This document shows, piece by piece, positions 14,183 to 26,879 of a stretch of 64,000 nt of DNA. The notes beneath the pieces were generated by a model. That model was not told the DNA's origin. It saw only the letters and a list, made by a program, of their open reading frames with translations, and ran no database searches. How positions within the stretch are numbered: position 1 is the first letter of the stretch; each line of letters begins with the position of its first letter. The position numbers and the translations under genes are program-made. Location of the stretch: the NCBI GenBank assembly GCA_028534125.1, contig CM052816.1, positions 44,952,001 to 45,016,000 on the forward strand, given 5' to 3'. Source of the DNA: Lama glama. Lineage: Eukaryota.

Positions 14183-16043
14183 GTATATGAAGTCTATTGG
14201 CTTTTGCACATGAATTATATATCTCACAATTCTGATTAATTGTTACAGTCTCTGCCTGTGTCCTGAAACATTAAAGAATTAAAGCAAGAGTGAGTCAGGA
14301 GTCCAAAATACGCCTAGTAAAATTAACATGGGAGAATGTGGCTCATACCTGCAGGCCTATGAGGATATCTAATGTTAAGCCTAGACTTATATATGACCCC
14401 CAGTCAAGTCACAGGTAGCAGAGGAAAACTACAGGCTTGTCCAAGTACAATAGGTTCTTCTCAATCCCTAGCAGAGGGAAGAAGCTTACAGCCAGGTTCT
14501 TTTCCAAGAGAAAGAGAAGAGGGAGATGCTGAGCATGAATACCTAGTTTCTCCTTTAAAACTATTCTAATAGATTGAAGGGAAATAGACAGGTGAAGAGC
14601 TCCCTCCTAAAGAAAAACTCAAGAGTAGGGCATGAATGTGCCTTTGAACACAAAGACCTCACTCAAAACCTTCCCCAGTAATGTTGAAGAATCACTAAAA
14701 GTATCTCATAGGTGCCTAGGAACAAGGTGACTTGTTTCTGAGCCACCATTTTTACCGCCTATGTCCTGGGTGAAAATGAGCAGGGTTTCATACTCATGTT
14801 AAGCCCAGACCCTCACAGCACCAAGGCTACCTTGCAATCTAGAGCTCAGTCAAAGAGAGAATAACTTTCTCCTCAAAAGCATGTCGCACTTTTTTCTTGG
14901 ATGCCCAATTACCCTAGCTTCTGCCCAAAGCATCACCACACCTTCATAACACGGCTCCTCCTTCAACTTCCCTTGGGGATCTGAACCAGTTCCATAGACC
15001 AGTCAGAGAAACAGTCTTCATCCCATCACCTCCAACGTCCTCACCAACTTGTTCTTTCCTCACCAAGAACCCATGAACAATAGTATTCCTTTGTCTCCTT
15101 TCAGTCGTCAATCTCGCCTCCAAAAGCCCTCATATTATCTTAGCTTTACAAATAGATGCCCCAAGGACTGCCAGTTCCACAAACAACCAGACTCTGAATC
15201 TTGTGATTCACAACAAGCACTTTCAAAGGTGTGCACTATTTACAACTTATTCTCAGTAATTCAACAACAGTTAGGAAGCATTTACTGCATGGCAGGCATT
15301 ATACCAGAACAAGTACTCCAGAGGTAAAGCCACACCCTTAGTTATGTCATGGCCCACAGGACTGGAAAGTTTGGGCTTAGTATATAAGACTATGTGCTTA
15401 CCCACAATCCTGGAAAGTGATGTCAGAACATCAGGCCACTTGACAATTCAGGGCCCTCGTTACACGTTCTACTTCCCCAAATTGTGAATTTCCGTACCTC
15501 ACTGTCTCAGCTCCAGACAGACCAAATCACAGGAATGACGTGGAATTCCAGATAGTGCCCCATCATCAGTTGCCTGAAAAGGTAAAACCAAGCTGCCAAT
15601 ATGAGTTTCTGCCTGTGAATGCCTCTGAGGGATTAAATAATATTGTTATTTCAAAAGACAGTTGTAATGATCCTCCCCTTCCCAAATCCATCACTTCTAG
15701 AAATCATTAGCTTGAAAGCACACACCAGAAGCTGTATCTGGTAGCTTAGAAATGATTTTGGTATTATTGCCTTAAAATATGTAACCTGACCATGTTTCTT
15801 CAATAATTTGAAACATGCATATACATGGCTAATGATGAAAAAAAAAACGTGAATTTACACAAAAGGAGAAAAAAAGCTATTCTGTAACTGAGCACAAATT
15901 TAGGCCCTGAGTTTCCGGCTGTCACAGAAATAAAAGGAAAGGTGATTTATCACTTATCTCCTGCTAACTTTGAGGAAATTTTCCTGTAAATATTTATGTT
16001 AATAATGTTCAGCTACATAAATATACTCAAAAAAGCTGTTCTA

Positions 16044-17118
16044 ATTTTAACACTGCATTAACATCACTAGACAGATCTTCCAGACAGAAAATAAACAAGG
16101 CAATAGAGAAATTAAATACTACAATAGAAAAACTAGATTTGGTGGATGTTTTCAGAGCATTACACCCCCAAAAAATAGAATATACATTCTTTTCAAGTGC
16201 ACATGGAACATTTTCCAGGATCGATCATGTACTCGGACACAAAAGAAACCTCAACAAATTTAAGAAGATAGAAATTATCTCAAGCATCTTTACTGACCAC
16301 AATGCCATGAAACTGGAAATCAACAACAGAGAAACAAAGGAGAAAAAAAGAAAAGCATGGAGATTAAACAATATGTTATTGAAAAAACAGTGTATAAATG
16401 AGGAAATCAAAGCTGACATTAAAAAATACCTTGAGACAAATGATAATGAAAGCACAACCACTCAAAANNNNNNNNNNNNNNNNNNNNNNNNNNNNNNNNN
16501 NNNNNNNNNNNNNNNNNNNNNNNNNNNNNNNNNNNNNNNNNNNNNNNNNNNNNNNNNNNNNNNNNNNNNNNNNNNNNNNNNNNNNNNNNNNNNNNNNNNN
16601 NNNNNNNNNNNNNNNNNNNNNNNNNNNNNNNNNNNNNNNNNNNNNNNNNNNNNNNNNNNNNNNNNNNNNNNNNNNNNNNNNNNNNNNNNNNNNNNNNNNN
16701 NNNNNNNNNNNNNNNNNNNNNNNNNNNNNNNNNNNNNNNNNNNNNNNNNNNNNNNNNNNNNNNNNNNNNNNNNNNNNNNNNNNNNNNNNNNNNNNNNNNN
16801 NNNNNNNNNNNNNNNNNNNNNNNNNNNNNNNNNNNNNNNNNNNNNNNNNNNNNNNNNNNNNNNNNNNNNNNNNNNNNNNNNNNNNNNNNNNNNNNNNNNN
16901 NNNNNNNNNNNNNNNNNNNNNNNNNNNNNNNNNNNNNNNNNNNNNNNNNNNNNNNNNNNNNNNNNNNATATACACAAAATGTTATGATAAATCACAGAGA
17001 AAAAAATGTGACAATGAGTGTGTATATGTTCATGAATGACTGAAAAATTGTGCTGAACACTGGAATTTGACACAACATTGTAAAATGATTATAATCAATA
17101 AAAAATGTTAAAGATATA
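16044..17118 (+). mobile_element. Young 5'-truncated LINE-1 spanning an assembly gap
   Basis: Intact ORF2 endonuclease peptide (EYTFFSSAHGTFSRIDHVLGHK...IFTDHNAMKLEIN...WRLNNMLL). L1 3' UTR and A tail follow the gap. Perfect 15-bp TSD aaaaaagctgttcta at 16029-16043 and 17119-17133. Confidence 0.95.
16468..16967. other. Assembly gap (500 N)
   Basis: Run of N. Confidence 1.
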
Positions 17119-17184
17119 AAAAAAGCTGTTCTACAAAAGATGCAGAAATATAGTTTATAACATCATTTCTTTAAATAATAAAAG

Positions 17185-17463
17185 GGCTGTAATCACAGCA
17201 AAGGTCAGGTAATGTGATCCCTGGCTTTAAAGATGGATAGGCCATGAGCCAAGGAATGCAGACAGGCTCTAGAATTTGAAAAAGAGAACAGATTCTCCCC
17301 TGGAGCCTCCAGAAGGAACCTAATCCTGCCAATAACTGAGTTTTAGCCCAGTGAAACCTATTTAGACTTCTGATTTCCAGAATTGTAGGATAATAAACTG
17401 GTGGGGTTTTTAAGCCACTGAATTTGTTGTAATTTGTTTGCAGAAGCCGTTAAAAAACTAATC
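17185..17463 (+). mobile_element. MaLR LTR (MLT1D-like), partial
   Basis: gccatgagccaaggaatgcag...acagattctcccctggagcctccagaaggaac...ttttagcccagtgaaacc...ttttaagccactgaatttg. Confidence 0.85.
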
Positions 17464-18374
17464 TAGAAACAAAGGAGAAAATACATGCAAAATGTTAGTG
17501 CAATACCTGACACTGAAGTACTCAATAAATGTTATTGTTAACATGACACTGATGGATGATAATGATGCATATTTTTGTTCTGATAATCATTTCCAGAAAA
17601 TTTGACTATTACATTAAATTGCATGGAATTGCCAATATTTGATCATTTTTGACTTATGAAAATGATTAGTTCATACAGTCCAACCTAACATTTCTAAGCC
17701 TACTGCTAATTCATAGGAATTTAAAAACAAAATTAAAAGAAGATGCCAGTCTCCTCAAAGTTTGTCTTAATATTACCTCATCAACTCCAACCATCTCATA
17801 AGATTGTCATAAAGATTCAGTGAGTTAATATATGTAAAGTAGTAATAAGAATACTAACAGTGAGACTGAATACATGTTAATTATTATTACGCTCTTTAAT
17901 GTAAGTTTAATGTAAGGGACTTCATTTGTTTTACTCACTGCTGTAACTTCTGCTTGAAAAATATCACATTTTAATATGTTGCTTATTAAAAAATTCAAAC
18001 CAAAAAAATCTCTATGCCGTTTCTTGTAGTGCCTGACCAATACGCTTTTTTGTTAGTATTGCTGTGCTTTAAAAAAAACTTTTTGTTGGATTAAAAACTG
18101 TCACCTGGGTCTCATTTTGTCTGTTTTTCTTTTGTATCATGATTTTTCTCCTTCTGTATCTTACACATCACATGTGTTTTTCATAGGGGTTTAAGAAAAA
18201 TTCTCTTCACAGATTGACTGATACAAGTAACAATGTCTTTTAGCAAAGGTATCTTCTTTCTGCCTCCTTCCTGGTTAAATGAAACACAAGCCCACATCTG
18301 CTTTGTTCATAGCAAACAGTATGGAACTGAACCAGAAATTTAAAGGTACCAAAAATACGGCGAAAGTGTTACTG

Positions 18375-18742
18375 CTCATGGCAGATACATGCACTCCCCC
18401 ACATTTCCTGCCCCCTTGTTATCAGGTAAAGCCAGGTGACCAGTGATGGCCCGTGGTCAATGGGAGGAAATGGTAAGTGCACCTTCTAGACCAAAGCATT
18501 TACAAGTCCACTTGAGACCCTTCAACTCTCAACCCTCATCCAAGAGGCATGTGTCCCAGCCCAGCTAGATGAAGCAGAGCTTTCCAGAGCCCACATTTCT
18601 GTGTGACCACGAGGAACAGAGCCCACACACTCGTAGCATACATTACACTAGTAGTGTAATCAAGAAAGAACTTTCACTTGCGGAAAGCCACTGATACTTT
18701 GAAATTGTTACCATAATTCAGCCTTTCTTACCTTAACCAATA
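18375..18742 (+). mobile_element. MaLR LTR (MLT1I/J-like)
   Basis: cacatttcctgcccccttg...ggtgaccagt...aagccactgatactttgaaattgttacc, an MLT1-type body and end. Confidence 0.6.
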
Positions 18743-19206
18743 AAAAGAAAAAAAAAGTATATTTAATAATTTAATGATCCTGATTATAGACTGATAAGTA
18801 ATTAGTCATCCTTACCCTTATAAAAACAGTTAGTTTCATAATAACCTCAAAGAAATTATTTTGGAGAGAAGATTGGGGATGTAATAAAATAGCAAGGGAA
18901 AAAAGTCTAAAGCATTGGCTATGATAAATGAAATAATAGCCATCAGAAATAGAGTTAGACAAAAATTGAGATTTATGCCACTGGTTCATAACACACATAG
19001 AAAGAAAAGCAATATTCCAGGTGTCATAATGCCAGAGAACAGACACCCTTGTTCAACATTAATGGATATTGTATGTTATTACATACTATTATTGCTTGTA
19101 TTAGAATTCTAGACAGATGTTCACCAGCTGACAACGTAACTCTTTGAGAATTTCAAATAGAGAGAGACCATCTGAGAGAGTAGATTGTGAAAATAGCATT
19201 CTACAT

Positions 19207-19400
19207 CAGTGGTTGTCAAACTTTAACATGAATAAGAATCACGTAAGGATCTGGTGGAAAATGCAGATTCCTGAGCTCTGCCCTCAGCTGTTAGTACACA
19301 CTATGTCTAAAAATTCCCCTCAACGGGCAGTTTTAGCAAACTTTCCAGGTGACTCTGATGCAAGTGGTCTATGTACCACACTATTGGGAAATAGTAACTG
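19207..19400. mobile_element. MER5 (hAT-Charlie)
   Basis: cagtggttgtcaaact...agaatcac...aaaatgcagattcctg...ccaggtgactctgatgca. Confidence 0.8.
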
Positions 19401-21532
19401 GTTACAACATAAATGTAAAACACCCTCCCCACACATACTCCAATGCTGGCCTTTCCCATTAAATTTGTCTCATCAGAGTTAATTTTATTATGTTGGAAAT
19501 ATTTTCTACCTTGACATAATGTATACACGTATATATGTTTTCTTACACTTACACTGATATTTACATAGTTATTCAACAGCTTGAACATTTATTTGCTTTC
19601 AATAATCAAATACATTTTTCTAACAAGGATGTATTTCTATAAGGATGTGTTACTTTAATTTTTACTGTTAGTGATGTCCTATCTTAAATTCTTATTACAT
19701 TTTCAATTAGACCAATCTAGGAGCATTGATATAAGGACTAAATGAGATATCGTAGGTATAGTCATTAGGAGAGTACTCAGAATGTAGCAAGCCTCAATAG
19801 TAATGTTTTTCACTAGAACACAAGTCTCATTGGAACAGTGACTGCCTGTGTATATTTATTGCTGTCATTTTTGCTCCAATACACAGAGGACACTTGATAA
19901 ATCTTTGTGGGTGGATAGATGGATGGATGAGCAGGACTATGAAAATTCCTGTTATTACCAACACTTACTTAGGTTTACACCATTAAAAAGCTCAATTTTT
20001 AGATGGTTTCACCACCTGTCTTTCCTTCATTGCCCTCCTCACCCTCATCCTCACATTTTCACCACCGGCAACCAAAATATACAGTCCTTCTGGTTTCTAA
20101 TTCTGGAAAGACAAGATTTCAGAGTTGCCTCCATCTGGAGTCCCCTGAAAGTAGAAAGACAAACACTTGGACCAAGACACTGCTCAGCAGCACAGGATCT
20201 GGGAAGCAAGGCTGAGAACTAGTGGGTCCAGGTGGGCAGCTTCAGGTATGCCAGGAATCCATGAAATCATGTGATCATGACATTCCAGCCATCTCTTGGA
20301 ACTTAAGGGTCTCTTGCAGTAACCAGGTAATTTGTAAACTTGGAGCTGGGACACCAAGATGCTCAGACCATGTACAGAGACAGCAAGGGGCTGTCACAAC
20401 CCAACCTGACAACAGCACATGTCAACAAGTATCTCTGCACCGATGAGGGCTAATCAAGTTGTGGGGAAGAGAAAACATTTGCTTAACTCTTTTTCAACTT
20501 TAAGATGGCAGGCAGCTGGATTTAAAAAGATTTTGGTGGAAAAAAAAAAACAAAGCCCTTCAAAAATCAAACGCCTGCTATCAAACACTGCAACACATTG
20601 TCCCGACAAAGAAATTTTAACTCGCAACACAAGTTACAACACATCTGCTAGTAATTATTACGATGATTTTAGTCCCTAATTTTGAATAATGGTTGTGTTC
20701 CTACCTTTTAAACCACCCAGACATACATTGCACATGACATTAATGTTACATTTGTTTCTCATTATATGCGTTTCTCATTAACAACTAATTAGTCTTGATT
20801 TTTTTCCCTTAAATTATGTAGTATTAAAAGAAATAGACCTTAAAAAATGTCAACAGCAGTCAGAGATAAGTCAATATTAAAGAAACAAACAGTGCTGGCC
20901 TATAGTTAACCTCCCAAGCAAGAGTAAAAATTGACCAAACTGCATGTTTAAATTAACCAAAAAAGAGTGGGAAAAAAACCAACATCTTGCACGGTATATT
21001 TTCTTTTGTGGAGGGAGAAAAAAGACTAGGTATGCTGCATTTTGGGGGAAACCGGCTTATACTCGATTTAAACCACCAACGTGTTTTTACCCCTCTTTTT
21101 TCTCACAGTTGTAGATCTGGAAAAGGTATGTTTTTTGAACAAAAAAAGAAAAAAACTGCTTTCAGTAAGTTACGCTATACTTAAAAAAATGTTTAAATAC
21201 TTAAAATATTACTGTTAAAATCTAAAACACCAACTGTCGAACTAAAAGCATTCTAATAAAGTTGAAGACAATTCTAAACAATATGCTGGTATGAACAAAT
21301 TGAAGGAAAAAAATTATTTTTTTCTTTGTTACAAATTCTAAAATGTTACGTCACCTGTTAGAAATAAAGATTATAATATTCATTCCATCATTAACTTCTA
21401 TACCTGACTGCACAGACATTTAAAATAGTAGCGTTTCCCATTGATGTTACGTCTACTCCACTAACAATTTTAAATAAGTCTGTAAATTGTTGCAATGATT
21501 TGACTAGAAGCAGAATACTTCCAGTTGCTTAC

Positions 21533-21640
21533 CCAGCCAGCAACGCTGCCTCGTGGGAGGTGATGCCGGGAGGTGCGCGGCTGCCTGCAGTGTGAGAAGG
21601 TAGAAGTTCAGCACGTCTGCTGGTCAAGAGCTCACGGTAA
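21533..21640 (-). other. Probable non-coding first exon of an unidentified minus-strand gene (5' boundary approximate)
   Basis: Local GC/CpG enrichment in AT-rich surroundings. Canonical donor TGG|gtaagc on the minus strand (cttac at 21528-21532). No ATG in the exon. Unique, repeat-free flanks. Confidence 0.6.
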
Positions 21641-22190
21641 AACCGCGCTGACGCTGACGTCTCAAAGACCCAACAGCTGAAACCACCTTAACAAGTATTA
21701 ACACTGCAACGGGCTTCATAAACTGTTACCACCTGGAACGGGGGGTTGGGTGAGCGAGGTGAGGCATGGGACAAAGAGACCGAATTAAAGAAGTCATTTC
21801 ACAGCTGAAGGGCACAGGGGCGACAATGGGAAATTAAAGAATACACATTTAGTGGGGCTTTGCGAATAACTGGTCTCTTTCGGGACATAGTCTTAACACA
21901 GAACACAGTTCAAACTGCTAGAGCTCTTTTACAGTTCCTCTTCCATTGAGTCTCAATTTGGAGTTAGGAAACGTTAAAGAGGTGCCCTTTTTAAAAATTT
22001 TTTTCTGTTGTCTCAAAAAATTTTGAAACTTCTTTCTTTAATAATGTTCTCTGGAATGTTTTATGAAAATGAGGGAAAAGGAGGAGGAGGAAGAGTGGGA
22101 GAGGGAAGGAGAGATGGACAAGAGGGAAGGGGAGGAGGAGGGCGAGTGGGGGGAGGAGCGGGGAGAGGAGAAGGAGGCGGGGCTTCAGCA
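21640..22190 (-). promoter_or_regulatory. Promoter region with tandem CRE-like sites, purine tract and GC box
   Basis: TGACG (21649-21653) and TGACGTCT (21655-21662). GGA-rich tract at ~22070-22185 ending in the GC box ggaggcgggg. Confidence 0.55.
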
Positions 22191-22254
22191 TTCAAAACTT
22201 GAGGCCGCTGAACTATAAAAGATAAAGTAGCCTTCATTCTAACCATGACCTAAA

Positions 22255-22425
22255 ACCCTTTTTGTCACACTATAATGTTCATGACAATCACCTGGAGATT
22301 TTGCTAAAACGAAACTTCTGATTCAGTAGGTCTGGAATGGAGCCTGGGAGTCCCTATTTCCAAAAAGTTCTTTGGTGACGCTAATGCCGCTGGGTCCGTG
22401 GACCGCGGTCTCAGGATCAATGACC
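22255..22425. mobile_element. MER5 (hAT-Charlie)
   Basis: caatcacctggagattttgctaaaac...ttctgattcagtaggtctggaatggagcctg...ggtccgtggacc. Confidence 0.8.
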
Positions 22426-24339
22426 TGAATACCTCTGCATATCAACAGAAGTTCCTACCAGATGTATCCATTCAAGCAAAAGTTGTAATTGGCCTGTTTT
22501 GCTCTAAGGTGTTTTGAGTAGACTTAACATTTGGCATAACTTTGTGACGTCTCCATTATTTCTCTTTTGGGTACTATTGGTCATATTCTCCATGTTTCCT
22601 AACTGCACTCCACAGGAACTATGGGCTATTTGATAACTGGTATTTAATTACTGGTTCCCTTATGTCCTGTATATCCTGCATATTGGTTATTTAACTACTG
22701 ATGAAACATTCAAAAATCTATCTCCTCCTAATGTAGAAGGAAGAAGTCAGTTGCAGGCTGACTGATCAGCTCGTCAGATGGCGGGCCCACTAACAAGCCA
22801 GCACCAGCCACACCTAAGAAAAGCTGGGTGCAAGGCGAGAGGTCTCCAGGACTGAGAACAGTGTATCCTTACATAGCAGAAATCAGGTTCTGCAGAAAGG
22901 GAAGTCTTGAAAAAAGGGAGGAGGAGTTAACCTGTACCTAGGTCTCAGATGTATTAGTTTCATCATGTTTGCTTGCACAATAGGAAAAAACTGTTTAATA
23001 ATAGTCATGAGAAGCATAACCTTATGAGAAGCCCTGTTCTCAGGTAATTCCAACGACTCAGAACTCTACGGAAGAAACTCCCCAAGAGGCAGGAGAGGAT
23101 GAAATTAGGAGGTAACAGTGAAATTTTGAGGAACTGTAGAAATGGGAAGAAACAAAGGCTAATTCCATCTGAATCCAAGTATCTAGTCTTTTCACTGGGA
23201 ATAAATATCAGTCCAAATAAAAGTTTCATCAGAAGTTGTAAAAACTAGCAACTGGTCATCTAAATCGGTTTCTCAATCAGTTACTTAGGTGTCATGTCAT
23301 AAAAAATGATGAGAAAGGTAAATTGGGGAAAATAAACTTGTTATTTTCAGCTTCTATATTGTTATCAAAGATTAATGAAAGATGCTAAGAAAGAAAGCTG
23401 GATATGATTACAGAAGAAACTATATTTAGAAGAGTGAATAAAATAAGGAAAAAGAAGCACTCACATCGTCGTGCTGGGAGCCTTCATGATGGAACTGTGC
23501 TGCCAGGGAACCAGAGAGGGGAAGAGCAGAGAAAGAATCTCAGGCAAAGGAAGGGAGTAAGGAGGAATTCACGTGTCAGAGCTGGGATGAAATATAATAA
23601 AACCATTAGGATAAAGGAAATGACTGTAAAACAATATTAGCATTCTGAAATATTAAAAAGTGAAATCAGAAGTCCAAATCCTGACTATTTTACCTGAAAT
23701 AAAATCTGCATATTAAGGCAAGGACTAAAAAAACGGGGGAGGAAAAAAACTAAATCTTCCTCCTTTTGAAAAATCTTCATCACGTAATTTAGGCAGTAAA
23801 CTTCTGTGACTTTTAACAAAACTAGGTATCTTTTAGTCAAATGGCATTCATAAAAGGTGCTGATCTACTTCTATGAAACTCACTGATACTGCAGAGTCAA
23901 AAGAGCATCTCACCAACACTGCATCACTCTGAAGATACACTGTTTTCATAAATGTGAATAGCAATCGTCGCAAGACACTGTCTTACGCTGCCTTCTTTTT
24001 ATTAAAATCACAATTTAAAATACCATCACAAACGGACAAGCCAAACTCTGGGTCTAAACTCTACCTACTTTTGAGTGCATGAATATATTTTAAAACCAAA
24101 ACTAATTTAAAATATTAACTCTAAATAGATACCAGGAGTTACTTTATTTTTCTGCAAGTAATGTAATGTTCTCCAAAAGGTAATGCAGTAAAATAAAAAA
24201 TATATTGAGAATAAAAGCATTCATTTTTTTAACCTTAAAATGTATGCCTTATTACTTCTTAATCCACTTTTTCTCTGAAGAACAGATGACTGGGGGTGCC
24301 GCGGGGGAGCACAGAGTAAGTCATTTAACTTTAGTCCTA

Positions 24340-24358
24340 CAGTGCCATCTAGTGGCGA
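24340..24358 (-). promoter_or_regulatory. CTCF binding motif
   Basis: The minus strand reads TCGCCACTAGATGGCACTG, a close match to the CTCF consensus core CCASYAGRKGGCRS, in unique CpG-bearing DNA. Confidence 0.75.
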
Positions 24359-24829
24359 CAAGTAGCAACACTCGCTAATCTATTCCAAGTACTTATAAAA
24401 ATACAAATTGCTGCTTTGAAAATGAGAGGTTATTTAAATGAGTATCTCCCCTTTCTGTGTAAGCGCACAAAGACCTTACCGAACTCTGTTTCTACCGCTC
24501 TGTGTTCTTTAAGAGACAATTTTATACTGCGTTTAGCGCCCTGTTACTGGCTTGTCCCTCTTGCCTGCATGAGAAAAAAAATACAAGATCAAGGCTGTGT
24601 TTGCTGTCTCACGTTCTTTACCCATATGTTATGAGTGTACAACACGGGTGACTCAAAACAAGTATTCAACATGTGGGCAAGTTTTTTTTAACATACACAC
24701 AAGCACAAAACCTGCCCAATAGCCATCTCATTTTGCTTTCTTCCTCCTCCTGAGCAAGAGAGCAAACCCACAGGTAGATGCCCTAGCCTGTCTCTTCCCA
24801 GTCTTCCTATCCATAGCTTCACCACATTG

Positions 24830-25060
24830 CAGACAGTATGAGCATGAAAAATAAAGGCAAATAGACCTGGATTTTATTTCTGTGTCTTAAAAAATATCTA
24901 TGTGACCAGGAAACATGGTTTAACCTCCGTAAGCTTCATCTTCTTCATTGAGGAAATGAAATCCTACCTCACAGGATTTTGAGATTAAATGACTCCGTAC
25001 ATGAAAAGCACCATAGAGTTTGGTCCATAGAAAGTGTTTAATATGTTTGGTAATTTGCTT
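24830..25060 (+). mobile_element. MIR SINE
   Basis: agacctggatt...tgtgacc...ttaacctcc...cctacctcacaggattttgagattaaatga. Confidence 0.7.
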
Positions 25061-26879
25061 TGGTAACTTTCTTCCACTAGATTCACAACCAGTCAAACAT
25101 GCTACCAATTCCCAAATATCCCAGGTATATTCCGAGTCCTGTGACCTGACTCAAGCTGTTCCCTTTGTTTGGAAGACCCTTTCTTCAAGATCTGATTTAA
25201 TCACATCCTCCTTCATGAAGACTTCCTTCAGACTGCTCTCTCCCAATTTCTCCTTTCTCTGGTTCCGAGCCATTACTGGGCTCTTGATATGATTCACTTT
25301 GTTTCCCTAATATTCACCCACCTCTCAACTGGATTTTAAACCACTTTAAGACAAGCATCCATAACCAGGGTACAATACTGACTAATTTCATATAGGGGCC
25401 ACTCAGTGGTCACTAGCTGTTCATAACCCTGACAATAGGTGGGTGGTGGAGAAATTCAAAGTGTGTGGCAGACTTCACTCCAAAAGCAAACCACAGACCT
25501 ATTTTATTTGATGAAAACAGGGTTTTCAAGTGTTTGAAAGTAAATAAAGAATAGGTGCTTTCAAGTCATTATTAGTGGCAACTTTTCTTGAAACTTCTTG
25601 TTTCCAAGTAAAGAGACCCTCTGGGGGCACCCCTCGCCTCTTGCCCCATTTTCTTCCCATGATTAAGAGTGATGGCCTTGATTGGTGGGTGGTGCATATT
25701 TACTAGAATCTATAAGGGAGGAAGAGCAGAGATTTTCTTTCCTACTGCTCTGAACCAGTGCAAAACCAGGCATGCAGGCAAATGGAACTCCTCTAAGCAC
25801 CTTGTTAAGTAGCATAAAGAGATTTTACTTCTAAATGACTGCCAGCAAGAAACTGGCTAAAACCCGACAGCCACAACTGCTCATTGTATTATAATGAGCA
25901 CTGAGGTTTAGCCCCCCACCCCCACACAGTTTTTCTGTGTACACTGGGGTAAGGACATGTGCAAAGGGGCCAAACATGACTAAGCATTCCTGAGACAAGA
26001 GCCGTTAATGAATCAAGAGACCACCTCCAAGCGAGGGTATAAGAGAAAGGGAAGACAAAAACCACCACTTTTCCTCCGTTGAATCAGCCCACCTCCGATT
26101 CTAAGGAGTGTAGTTTTCCCTTTTTAAAAAAAAAAAATCATTTAAAATATTTCCCTACACAACGCACCGCCTCCCGAATGTAAACTTGTCTTTCGAGTAT
26201 GACAAGAATCTGGGTCTTTACCTTTGGGGGTAACAACCTGACCTTCCGTCACTTCATATGCGTTATCCCGAGTTTATATCCAGTGGGTGAGGAGGCGGGT
26301 ATGGAGGAGATCAGTGGATCATTACGAAATCACTTTCCCCAAGAGCTTTATCAGGAAAAAAAAAAGCAACGTTTTTCAATGTTACCTGCCTAACCTGATA
26401 GGCATGTGTGGATCTCTCATCTCAACTCAGGCAGAGGAAAAGAGTATCAAATTAGCTTTTTTAAACCCTAACAAGTTGCCTCAGTAACTCTTTTATCTTA
26501 CATTTTATGTGTTCTCCCAAAGGCTTTTGAATAAAATATCACAATTTTAAGCAAAGATGGACTCTGAGCCTGCACTCTCATGACCCGGTCTCATTGGCCC
26601 ACCTAATCTCAGCCCTGGTCCCAATAAAACTTTATGAACCAAAACAGTCAGTCAATCCAGAAGGCATAGGTGGCTGATTTGATGTTTTTAAATATTGATT
26701 AAAACATTATTTATCTTGACTTCTGAATTGCTCATCTTATATTCTGCAGCTGAAGTGAGTGCCTAGTCCTGGCCCCTCTGAAGTATACCTTCTTCTCAGG
26801 GTGCTTCCTAGCAGTAGATAAGGCTCAATGAAACATGGGGCAGGACAGTCAAATCAGAGCGTCTCCACTCTCTGGCAGA

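Noticed and set aside
16139..17073. Long ORFs (199-282 aa) in the track
   Set aside because: Artefacts of translating through the 500-N gap; the real part is L1 ORF2.
21991..22246. Pro/Gly/Leu-rich ORFs on both strands
   Set aside because: Products of the polypurine tract, not coding.
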